Made by a program: the position numbers and the translations under genes. 64,000 bases of DNA from Mobula hypostoma (taxonomy: Eukaryota), in assembly GCF_963921235.1 (NCBI RefSeq), contig NC_086109.1, positions 36,520,001 to 36,584,000 on the forward strand, written 5' to 3'. Shown one piece after another: positions 40,233 to 51,890 of this stretch (its first letter is position 1; the number at the start of each line of letters is the position of its first letter). The notes beneath the pieces were generated by a model. The model saw only the letters and a list, made by a program, of their open reading frames with translations, did no database searches and was not told where the DNA came from.

Positions 40233-41972
40233 AGACTGTGTTAGAAAGAATAAAATTAAGTACAGAAATAGTACAAAAGAAAGCCTGAACTATGAGAGAG
40301 AAAAAGAGACAGAAAAAAAAGTAAGTAAATATAGTAAAATATGAACTTGTCATCTGTGAGATCTCCAATAATTCATTTCTCAATGGATGAATCTTTCCAT
40401 TTTTAATAACATACTACTCCTTGATGATATAATCTGAAAATACCATTGTAGTTTCCACATCTAATGATATCAAAGATTTACCTTGCCACCACCCCTACCA
40501 CCAGCATCACTCTTTTTATATTGTCATTTGAGTTGCCTCACATTCACCACTAGCATAAAATTCTTCTGATTAATTACCAAGACTAAAGCTATGGGATTTA
40601 AAGTGTGTCCATGCATGATGAAATACATTAAAGATCTTTTCATGAGGCAGGATATTAATGAGGTGTCCACAATAGTTTTGTGAAAAATCCACCTGGTAAT
40701 TAGATCCTATTTGTAGTTCATTTGGAAACACAGTGCTATGTGGCAACTGGCTGGTAAATAAATCTGGATGGGCATACACAAGTCACTCAAAGTCAATGGG
40801 ATAAAATTCTAGCAGGTTCAGATATTTCATTGGCTTTAATTGCAATATGAAGACCCTTTATTAAGAGTTGACACAGATACAATGAGCTTTATAACTCCTT
40901 GAATCACTACTCCTGACCCAACTCACTTTATAGGTTTTATTCCCAGTAGAACTGGATGTGTTATGTAATCTTGAGGGATTTCTATATAATGCTAATGATG
41001 CAAAATGCATTCTTTGAGGGTGAACAGGCACCATTTGCTCAACCCCATCATTGTCTCCTACATATCTTAGCTGCCATTTTATTTGTAGCTTAAATTTATG
41101 ATGTCATTAAAGTGGTTATGCCAAATCTTTTGTCAGGTGAGGCACTGCACTGGTGTAGTCTTCCCTATATCTTCCTTGCTGATCATGCCTTGCCAAGAGA
41201 TTGCATATTTTCTCACCCTTGAGTTAAAATCCACCGCAAGGATCAACCTTTCTTCCTCTGGACTGTTGATAGGACATTTTCAAGGTTGGAAACATTATTG
41301 GCTACATCAGAAGCTCCCAAGGTTGGAGTGTATGAAATGATGACAATAGCTTGCTGCTTCTGTCTGTGTAAGTGAATTGTAAACAGGTTTTGAGGATTTG
41401 GATCAATGAAGATGAAGGAACACTTCAAGGTTGCTGCAGGATATTTTATTAGAATATAATAAGTGATAAGAAAAACAAGGATGTGCAAAACACTAAGTCT
41501 AAAATAAAGTGTAAAATTATTGATGGAAGAACAAGTCCAACTCCCTTCCGCTAAGTGATGCAAAGAATTAACAAAGTGTTAAAACAGGGTACAGAATAAT
41601 TGATACACCAGCGAGTCTTATGCACATCTGCTATTTGAGGACTCCAATTTACGATGACTGGCCTAGAGAATTTTAGGTGTCCTTGGCATCAGTTTCAATT
41701 CCAGACTGACGATGGATATCCGATGAGATTGCTCACTGCTCAAACTTATATAATCAAAAAAGCTTGTGCCTCTTTTCTAATCTATGCATACCAGTCAGCA
41801 ATATTTCTAAAACTAACCACTTCTTATTGATAGATGGTATAGGGAGGATTTCACAATTTCCACTGAACTAGTCTCAATTGTCTTTGAAAATCTTATTAGC
41901 CAAGACTTAACCAAACAAAACAGTTTCTCTCATCTCCAAAAATCAAGTTCTCACATTCCTTAATGGCTTAAA

Positions 41973-42620
41973 GGCGGGAGGAGAAGATGGTGGCGCGACG
42001 CAGTGCACACAGCTCTCCGGTGAAATGAGATTGTATTTGTAAGTAGGATGCCGTGCACAATTCTGATTTGATGGAGACAGCCGTGAGAGCACGGAGGAAC
42101 ATCTGGAGAAACTTCTGAAATGCCCGGTCCGCTGCCGCTGCTACTGCACGATCGAGAATCTCCGGAGGGAAGGCCCCAAAATCTCCGGCTTTGTCTGCTG
42201 CTGGCGACCGGGGCTGAGATTGAAGCGTTCGGCAGAGATGGTGCTCAGTGCTCGGTGTCGGAGGGCTGGTTGGAGGCTCAAAGTTTTCGGACAACTCAGA
42301 GTCGGACTGTCGTCAGGCATAGCAGGGAGAGTTTTCTTCCTTCTCCCGTCTGCATGAGATGTGGGACTTTCGAGAGACTTTGAACTTCTTTTACCGTGCC
42401 CATGGCCTGTTCTTCATCAAGTTATGGTATCGTTGCACTGTTGTAACTATATGTTATAATTATGTGTTTTTTGTTAGTTTTTCAGTCTTGGTCTGTCCTG
42501 TGTTTCTGTGATATCACCCCGGAGGAATATTGTATCATTTCTTAATGCATGCATTACTAAATGACAATAAAAAAGGACTGCGTGTCCCCATAATCTAATC
42601 TAACCTAATCTAATCCAATC
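41973..42620 (+). mobile_element. Non-autonomous, non-tRNA retroelement with CpG-rich head and (CTAAT)n tail
   Basis: aagatggtggcg 5' motif, AATAAA at ~42566, microsatellite tail; second truncated copy at 50748-51027. Confidence 0.75.
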
Positions 42621-43242
42621 TGGATGCTTCAAGACCATATGGACTCCATGAATCAGGACCTTACGTTTTACGTATCTTTCTAACCAATAGACTTAGTCTT
42701 TACGAGAATAGTGAGCAAAAAACTTCACTCTGAGTAAAAAGACCAGTTTTTTAAAATCCTCTCAGTTTTTCAACCCTCTCAGAAAGGACCACAGGACATT
42801 TACTCATCCCACAGATGATGCTGAACTAGCTCAATTCCTGACAGTAAAATTTACTTCACAAACAAAATATTCCTCTGCTGTTTTGACCCTCCAGAAATGT
42901 TGCATCTACTGCTTTGTTCTTTAAACTGACTGTTTTCTGCCCATCTCACTCACAGCAGCAATGCCACTCTGATGTCATTGGGTTTGGTGACCTCAAAGCT
43001 CTAAACTCCAATGAAGACCTTAAGCACTATCTGACATAAATAGCCATGGTATCCTCATTAAAGGGAGGCTATAATGTAACTACCCAGTCTTCAAAGACTG
43101 TTTATTTTCTATGGCGAGTTTAGCTGCCAATGCCCACTATTTGAGGGGAGGGTCCCCTCTCCCTACCAAGGAGAAGGTATTTCCAACTAAGAACATTTCC
43201 AACATTCTGATATCTACCACATCCCATTTCCATTCTGATATG

Positions 43243-43850
43243 TACTCCCAGTGGCCACACATTTTAATTCCACGTCCCATTCTCATTCTGACATGTCTAT
43301 CCACGGCCTCCTCTACTGTCAAGATGAAGCCACACTCAGGTTGGAGGAACAACATCTTATATTCCGTCTGGGTAGCCTCCAACCTGATGGCATGAACATT
43401 GACTTCTCTAACTTCCGTTAATGCCCCACCTCCCCCTCGTACCCCATCCGTTATTTATTTATTATTATTATATATATTTTTTTCTCTCTTTTTCTCCCTC
43501 TGTCCCTCTCACTATTCTCCTTGCCCATCCTCTGGGCTTCCCCCTCCCCCTTTCTTTCTTCCTAGGCCTCCCATCCTATGATCCTCTTATATCCCTTTTG
43601 CCAATCAACTGTTCAGCTCTTAGCTTCATCCCTCCCCCTCCTGTCTTTTCCTATCATTTCGGATCTCCCCCTCCCCCTCCCACTTTCAAATCTCTTACTA
43701 TCTCTTGTTTCAGTTAGTCCTGATGAAGGGTCTCGGCCCGAAATGTCGACTGTCCCTCTTCCTATAGATGCTGCCTGGCCTGTTGCGTTCACTAGCATTT
43801 TTTGTGTGTGCTGCTTGAAATTCCAGCATCTACAGATTTCCTCGTGTTTC
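43243..43850 (+). mobile_element. Penelope-like element 3' fragment
   Basis: End of GIY-YIG ORF (...RLEEQHLIFRLGSLQPDGMNIDFSNF), UTR, best-preserved hammerhead, shared terminus. Confidence 0.88.
43716..43751 (+). ncRNA. Minimal type I hammerhead ribozyme motif (PLE-associated)
   Basis: agtc-CTGATGA-a-gggt(ctcg)gccc-GAAA-t-GTC-gact: stem I agtc/gact, both core boxes, stem II, vestigial stem III; predicted cut after C43747. Confidence 0.8.
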
Positions 43851-45499
43851 CAACTAAGAAAGTAGTTTAAATACAGTTCATTTATTTTCAGTGATAGACA
43901 TTTAATCTCAAATAACATTTTTAAAACACATTTAAAACTCAAAGGATTTTGATTTTGTAAAACATTTCCAGATTACAAACCATTTCTAAAACACAAAGGA
44001 TTTCCAAAACACAGGTAAAATTCCCATAAACTAAAGTGATGCTGACAACGCAGATGAACAAATTATCCATTGCAGAAATCGAAGCCAGAGGAATGGATTC
44101 TAGTTCACCCCGTGTTTCTTCACCCTTCTTGATGTTCCCTCTCCCTTTCTAAAATACCTAAACTACTTTCTCTACCTAAATAGTTTCTTTGTCACTTGGG
44201 TGACTTCACACATATTTGATACCGTTATTACACACACAGTCTAAAAGCTTCTTGGAGACACAGAATTAATGTTGTAAAGCTAACTCTATGAGTAACTAAG
44301 TCTTCCAAACACAAGCACATCAGTTATTTAATATGCTAAATGATATCCATCTGGTCTGCAAGCTTCCTTGAACTAAGCAACTTAGTCAGTGCTGTCTATT
44401 TTAAAACATGCCAAATTAAATCACCCATTGTCTTATACTGCAACAATTAAGCAGCAGTAAGGCAGGTGTTGTGGGCTAGCAGCCTGTTCCATGGACAGAG
44501 CTTGTTTGCAAAGATCTGCTTTTAACTTCAAACTAATTACTGCTTTCCATTTACATTTTAAGAACTGCAGACTGGCTCCTGTTTATGACCAGAGGCTTAA
44601 CAATTACAACTGTTTGATTTTTTACAAGTGACAGCTGCTGTAGTTAGAAAACTAAGTTTGGCAAATGACAAGAGGGCCATTGGCCCAGGAAGCAAATACC
44701 AATCACAAGTCAATGTTAAAGTTTCTGAATCCTTGGGTTGTGATACCAGAACAACATTCAGGTCTGTCATTATATTTTATAAAGAATATAGAATATTTTA
44801 TTCTATATTTTATAAAATTCTGAATTTCATAGTAAAAATTGTTGGCAAATGATTTAAATGATGTTATTATGCACCAGCTACCACATAATCTAGGTAGAAT
44901 GAGATCTTGTGACAAGAGAGCACAGGATAACTGGAGCAGGTTCTGCTGCATGGATATTAATTCATTCTCATCAATGGGCAGAAGTATAGTGTCATTTGGT
45001 ATGTACACCCAACCATATATGGACTCAAACACAAGGTCCCTTTCCTGTTGTTGCTTTCATCACTTTCCGCTACTTGCTAATTTTACTCGTCACCCACTCC
45101 TGATCACAGCTGCTCGCCTCATTCCATTCCTGGCCCCCTACTCCTGCTGGACATCCACTGCCATCCATACCCCCTGCTCTGACCATGTATCTGATCCATG
45201 TTCTAAGTCCTCAGCTCCTGTCATAGGCTTCCAATCCCTGTTTTCCCTTTCCTGTATTTCTCACCATTTTGTTGTTGTAACCTTCCAAACAATTTCAGGA
45301 GACTTACACAGTGGCAGCCTGATTTCTGTAAGAGCAGGTAAAAAAAAATCAAACAATGGACACCTGCCCAGAAATTATTTTGTATGATTTGTTTTGAGCT
45401 GCTCTATGCAATTGCAAATCAAGTGTAACACCCTGTAGACAAGTACAAGGCCCTGTTCAAATATCATTCATCCAAGCGCCAGCTGTTGTTAGATTATAT

Positions 45500-47000
45500 C
45501 ATCATCAGAGTAAGGGACCACCACATTTCAACATCACCTATGCCAGAATGGTTAGCGTTGACCCTGAAGTGTTCATGCTTTAACCTTCATTAACTCAATC
45601 AACCTGCCCCTAATATATTGGTGTCAACAGAAACATTGCTGCAAGACAGTCAACGTCAAAGCTATCAATGATGCCACAAAGGTAGCTCTTCTCGGAAAAT
45701 GTTTCACATACATAACCTGTTGTTTCCCAGCCAACAGCTGAAAAGCATTTACATTGGATTGGCTGCCCTGGATTCCGCCATAAGTGACATCTTTGAAGAG
45801 AATCTTGACTGCCCTATCAAGAACCATTATTAGTTTCATGAGGCTGCTTATGGGATTTCAAAACAGTTTAAATGAAAGTGTAACATATTCCTGAGTAGGA
45901 AGATCCACAACACCTCAAAGAAGAAGAAAAAGTCAAAGCCCAGCAGAATATCTGAATGAAAATAATGCAACAAACCCAGCAAATTGTGACAAATAACTTA
46001 ACAATGTTAAATTCGTTACCACTGTTAAGATATTTAAAGGCCCACTATACTGAGAGCTAATAACTTCCCAATGACATAGAGATAGTCAACACTCACTGGA
46101 AGAAACATTTCAAAGACCTCCTCAACTATGAATGAGTTAACATATGCTCATTTGACTGCATCCGTATTCAGTTATGTATTCAGTCCAGCTTTGCCAATAT
46201 CTCCAACAGTAAACCTACCGCCAAATTGCCATTGCTGTATCACTCTAGCTTTGAATAATAAAAATTCATAACAAGACCCTGATAAACAATGGCCTCTTCT
46301 CGTATGTCCCCCTCAGAGAAGATAGACAACAATGTTAAGCTCTTCCTGCCCTCAAGATGCCATCAGAGCCATTTAAAGAATTGAGGAAAAGGGAATTTGA
46401 AGTTTCAGCTGTCTGAGCTGCCAGAAGTGTTTAGTATATCAAGCAGCAGAGGTCTCTACTCCTCTGAGTGCTGGACAACCTTCTGCAGCACTTTAGGCAC
46501 TGAAAATAATGAAATATCCTTAAATTCTTTTAATTCAGTGGAATGATAGGTACACGAATATCAAAGTCACTGTCCCTGTATTGAAGCCAGAATTACATTC
46601 AGTCAGCTCTGTTGTTGGCCATGAAGCTTGCACACCCTAAAACAGACTCGTCATCCCAAGCTCCAGGAACAGAAGAGGTTACAAAACACACAGAGAAAGA
46701 GATTTAGGGATCTGCTAAAGCTGCTTTGAAATCTCCAAAATTCCCACTAATTCTTGGAAATCCTAGAATCATGCAGATTCAAAATGGATAAGGGGCGTTC
46801 ACAATCAAATTGTGAATCTTGAGTGAAGGCACTAGGAATACACATTAGCAGTAGAAGGAGCTCACCACCTTGCAAACTACCCACCATCCACACCATTCTG
46901 TACCCTTTGCCCTGCCTGTGGTTTGCATTTTGGCCTCATTAGTCAACTCAGAACTCAAATAAACACCTTGGAAGCAAATCCACCCTTGATCCTAGTTATG
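45500..47000 (+). mobile_element. Highly decayed RTE-clade LINE
   Basis: HWKKHFKDLLN at ~46095; 3' end ggcctcattagtcaactcagaactca...ggaagcaaatc, similar to RTE termini. Confidence 0.6.
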
Positions 47001-47109
47001 TGGATAATAAGAAAATAAACATAAATATAAGCATACATTGCAAATATTTCATGCCCTAATCTCAGAGTACCTCTAATCATTTGGAGCTCAATAATTCCCT
47101 GAAACTTCC

Positions 47110-47392
47110 CAGACAAGAGAAAATCTGCAGATGCTGGAAAACCAAGCAACACACACAAGATGCTTAAGGAAAACAGCGCGCCAGGCAGCATCTATGGAAA
47201 AGAGTACAGTCGATGTTTCAGTCCAAAACCCTTCAGCAGGACTGTTGTTGGCCACAAAGTTTGCACACCCTAAAACAGATTGTACTGCCCAAGGATTTCA
47301 GCCCAAAACATCGACTGCACCCTTTTCCATAGATGCTGCCTGGCCTGCAGAGTTCTTCCAGCATTTTGTGTGTGTTGCTTTGAGATTTCCAA
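47110..47392. mobile_element. Palindromic PLE-terminus mini-element with captured central filler
   Basis: Inverted arms ~47110-47243 and ~47284-47392 around a 38-bp copy of 46609-46646. Confidence 0.85.
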
Positions 47393-47799
47393 GTCTCGGA
47401 TGCTTCCTTATATTCTTTTTCCTATTCGTATAGGCCAACATTCTCACCCCAACTTACTCCCTGTAATCTGTTCTCTCACACACGTTCACTTTAATTACAT
47501 ATCATGATTGAGTTTCAACTGCCAAATCTCTAAGCTTTAAAGTTCCTTTCTTAAATTGCACCATCACAACATACGTCACTTATGTCAAAATTACCTCACA
47601 GTTTATGCCTAACTTTATTTATTAGAACTCCTGTGAAGATTATGATGGAAATTTATAATTATTTAAAGCTTTGTCATTACTCTGGATCGGAAAGATCAAT
47701 TAGTAATCACTGACAGATATTGTGTTAAAAAGATATATTTGTTTTATTATAAGGCAGATTTCTGAGGGAGGAATAAAAGGCTACTTATTGTATAAATTC

Positions 47800-48170
47800 A
47801 GCAGGTTCCTGAATATAACCAAAGACCCCACCCCAGATATTTTCTCTTCTCCCCTTTCTCCTTGGACAGAAGATACAAAGACCTGAAAGGATGTACAACC
47901 TGGCCCAAGGACAACTGTAGATCTTCTGTCAGACTTTTGATCTGACCTCCTTTATAAGGTGAACTCGGTCTTCACAAGCTACCTCGTTATGATCTTGCAT
48001 TTTACTGCTTACCTGCACTTCGCTTTCCCTGTAGCTTTTACACTTTATTCTGCATTGCTGTTGTTTTACCTTGTTCTGCCTCAATACCCTGTGTAATGAT
48101 CTGATCTTTATGAACAGTATGCAAGACAAGCTTGTCACTGTATCTCAGAAGATGACAATAATATATCAAT
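47800..48170 (+). mobile_element. Rex/Babar-like LINE 3' end
   Basis: aaagaccccacc...ttctcccct...cagaagatacaaag pattern and typical UTR ending gacaataata. Confidence 0.6.
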
Positions 48171-48911
48171 ACCGATAACATAATGATGAAAAAGTCTGAG
48201 CAAAGCATATGGTACCATGGCAAAAAATCTAGCAGCAAATAGCAAACGTTTGTAATTTTCATAGCACATCTTAATCTCCTGATTTGCACAATTATATCAT
48301 TCTGGATTGTTCACACGCTCTTACTTTCCGAGTAAGTTCCTAAGAACGTGATTAGCATTCCTTGCACAAGTGTGCAGTAGCTGAGCAGCATGCTGCTTAA
48401 AGCAAGAGATTAACTTGTTCTTCATTGTTTAATCTGACAACACATCAATGAATCCAGTCAGACTTCCCTGGAATGAAAAGCACACTCATTATTTTACTCT
48501 TGAACGAGAAACTATTGAGTACTTGGTGTTATCTTATGGTAGATAATCAAAATTCTCTTCAGAATATAGAAAAAGATATAAAGTGCCGAGCAGAAAGAAA
48601 CCAGAAAAAAATACACAAAAGTGCCATAGAATATCTGTTTTATTTGATGCATCTGGTTTAAAATTTGAACGCCCAAGTAAATGCTAATATGTTTATGTAC
48701 ATATGAGATAACTATCGTATAGAACTGCATTTATACTGAAGAACAAATACTTGAGCAAAAATGAACTGTGGCGGGGGGGGGGAGAAAATGTTGATGTTTT
48801 GGGTGAACACACCTGATCAGAATGAATTTTTGACATTTTAATATTTCAAAACTAAACTATTATAAAAATACAGGATGTACAATTTAAACAATACATGTCA
48901 ATGTTTTAAAT

Positions 48912-49420
48912 GGTTTCGTTTATTATCAGAGAGCGTATACAATATACAACCTGAAATACTTGTCTTCTCAGACATCTACAAAAATTAGAAGAACTCCAGA
49001 AAAATGAGTGACAGGAAAATGTTAGAACTCCAGAGACTGTACCCCCCTCCACTGTGCAAGCATCAATGCATCAAACTACCCCCTCTCCCCTGTCCATTTC
49101 AGCAAAAAGTGTCAGTGCCCACCACCCTCCAAGCAACAGCAAAGCACCCCTAGGAGGGATCATGATCTGCAGTCAACAAAAACTATGGTTTACCGGATAG
49201 TTCGACTTGCCACAGGCTCTCTCTCTCACTAACAAGGGACAGAGAGATAACACCCATTTTCACAGCAAAAGGGGAGACTGGCAGTCGCTGTTGCAACATT
49301 ACGGTCTGCTACACCATTTATTATTCTGAGATTCTCTGATTCGAAAATCGGCAGCGAACTCTCCCACCATCGAGAGAAAGAAAGAGAGTGCGAACGCTCG
49401 ACTGCAGAGACCTCCAAGAA
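48912..49420 (-). mobile_element. Non-autonomous LINE-tailed repeat (related to 50333-50725)
   Basis: Shares 3' end tttcaggttgtata...ctctgata(a/t)taaa with 50665-50705. Confidence 0.55.
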
Positions 49421-49852
49421 AGGGAACTCATCTGCAATAATAAAGCACTGTTAAGTGCCATTTGCAGATCACTTGCAGTCTTTAATTACATTCGCATGTG
49501 CAGCAAGTTGGTGCATTCTATTTACCAAGCACCAATGCCATCTCTTTGAACAATACGCCAGACCATATATGGTATTTGCAGGATTATTACACCTCAGTAT
49601 TTAGTGGTAGTGTGACTTCAGATTGCATATCTTCCTCTCAAAGTCTTGTATTAGTTGCACTGAGCTTTGGAGTGCGTCTTGACATATACACCAGCAGCAT
49701 GGTATGTGCCAGTTAGTAGCAAACACTTACAGATACCATGTTGCACTGGAAGCTTTTAGCAGACTGATGAGTCTTTAACTGAATTGATGATTTAATAGTG
49801 GCACCTGATGTTTGTCTCACTACACTCTCCCGGGAATAGCCCATAGATCAGA

Positions 49853-49986
49853 GACATGAGAAAATCTGCAGATGCTGGAAATCCGAGCAGCTCACACAAA
49901 ATGCTGGAGGAACTCAGCAGGCCAGGCTGCATCTATGGAAAGGGGTACAGTCGATGTTTTGGGCCGAAACCCTTCGACAGGACTGG
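49853..49986 (-). mobile_element. Single PLE terminus, truncated just beyond the hammerhead
   Basis: aaaatctgcagatgctgga...gtcgatgttttgggccgaaacccttcgacaggactg. Confidence 0.82.
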
Positions 49987-50332
49987 CTGCACAGATCGAC
50001 ATTCAACAAGGATATGCCTTCCACCTTGGTTGGTCTCTTTTCTCTCTTCTACCTTCTGAGAGAAGGTATGGCAGCATGAAAACCCAGAAGATCAGCATGA
50101 GGAAGAGCTCCTTCTCCACCACAATCTAACTCTGAACCATTCACTTCTTTCATACCCCCATTTTGATGGTGCTGCCCGATTCTCAGATGGTTAATTCTAC
50201 CTGCACTATTAATTTCATTGTCACACCTGAACATTTCTTTTCATATTAATTCAGAAAGCCCTTAGCACCATTCTGTGGTATTGTGCTCATTGTATTTATT
50301 GCTGTATTTATCATTACCATCGGAAGTTATAA

Positions 50333-50725
50333 CATCAAAATAGCGACTGCGCGGTGGAAGGAGTGTTATCTGTCTCTCCCTTGTTAGTGAGAGAAACAAC
50401 CTGTGGGAGCTCAAAAATGTTGGAGTGAACAGTTGGTTTTTGATGTTGGTTTTCCATGGTCTCTCTTTGGAGGCTTTGCTGTTGGGAGTAGAGTGGTGGA
50501 GATGCTGATACTTTATGTGAGAGTAAATGGTGTAATTGGAGAAGGTTGATGCAGCTTGCTGCTGATTGTGTGTGGGAGATGACAGGGTTCTTACGTCCCT
50601 TTCCTGTCATTCATTCTTTGAGGTTTTCTTTCTTCTGTTTCAAGGCTTTCTGTGAAGAGCAAGAATTTCAGGTTGTATACTATATTCATTCTCTGATATT
50701 AAATCAAACCGTTGAACCATTGAAC
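50333..50725 (+). mobile_element. Non-autonomous LINE-tailed repeat with (TTGAAC) end
   Basis: caaaatagcgac head and a 3' end shared with 48912-49420. Confidence 0.55.
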
Positions 50726-50747
50726 TATTAAGGCACCTATACAGTTT

Positions 50748-51027
50748 AGATTAAATTAGATTATGAGGACACTCAGTCCTCATTTATTGTCATTTAGTAA
50801 TGCATGCATTAAGAAATGATACAATGTTCCTCTAGTATAATATCACAGAAACATGAGACAGACCAAGACTAAAACTGACAAAAACCACATAATTTTAACA
50901 TATAGTTACAACAGTGCAAAGCAATACCGTAATTTGATAAGAGCAGACCATGGGCATGGTAAAAAAAAGTCTCAAAGTCCCGATAGCCCCAACATCTCAC
51001 GCAGACGGTAGAAGGAAGAAAAACTCT
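50748..51027 (-). mobile_element. 5'-truncated copy of the 41973-42620 element
   Basis: Reverse complement of ~42330-42610; probable TSD agttt (50743-50747, 51028-51032). Confidence 0.8.
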
Positions 51028-51212
51028 AGTTTGTGATCTTTATACTGATCATATTCTTTGCATCCTTTTCTGGACCTTCTTGGCAAATGCAATATCTGTA
51101 AAGAAATGAACAGTCATCTAATCTGTATTACAGTTATCATGAGGAAAGCGCGCTTAGGGAGTGAGATTCCAACCTTGCAGTGCTGGTGAATGACACAGCA
51201 CAGTGGTTTGAA

Positions 51213-51375
51213 AGAAGAGAATATCTGCAGATGCTGGAAATCCAAGCAACACACGCACAAAATGTTGGAGGAACTCAGGAAGTGAGGCAGCATCTATGGA
51301 AAAGAGTAGTCAATGTTACGGGCTGAGACCAGGGTATTCGACTGCATTCTTTTTCATAAGCACTGCGTGGCCTGT
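51213..51375. mobile_element. Asymmetric palindromic PLE-terminus mini-element
   Basis: Full left arm; short right arm tcgactgcattctttttcataagcactgcgtggcctg; turnaround at ~51330 in hammerhead stem II. Confidence 0.7.
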
Positions 51376-51890
51376 TGTACACAATGGTTCGATGTGACTG
51401 AGACAGCTTTTTAAAATAATAATGAGTTGAGATGATACACGAGCAAGAAAACATGATTGCTTCTGTAATTACATCAAGTAAAGGAACTGTAAAATGGAAG
51501 AAAAGATGGTGTTCAGATTTCTAAAAGGAAGAGAACTTTTGATATCCAGTGATAATTATCTATGGAGTGGATACAATTATGAAGAAACATCTACAGATTT
51601 ATGTTTACATTAAGGAATGTTCATAAAACTGCATTTTTGGTGCAGTAGATGAATATGGTTCCTTAAGGTTGTTACAGCCAGGGACAGTAGTGGGATAAGC
51701 TCCCACTATCTATTAAATGCTCCTAATGGCGTATGTCTCTAATAGCCTCTGACAACTGTCACTTGACTGGCAGCAATGAATATAGAATTGAGTCAGGTTT
51801 TATAAAAACAAACAAACATTTATTAAACTCTGCTCAAAAATAGCAAAATGTATTTAAACAACTAACTTAACCGGAAGTTAACTGCTATAC

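Noticed and set aside
44839..45387. 182-aa ORF
   Set aside because: Non-ATG start, no recognisable domain or splice context; probably chance or a decayed repeat.
49764..49790. ctgatgagtc as another hammerhead
   Set aside because: No correctly placed GAAA box or closing stems.
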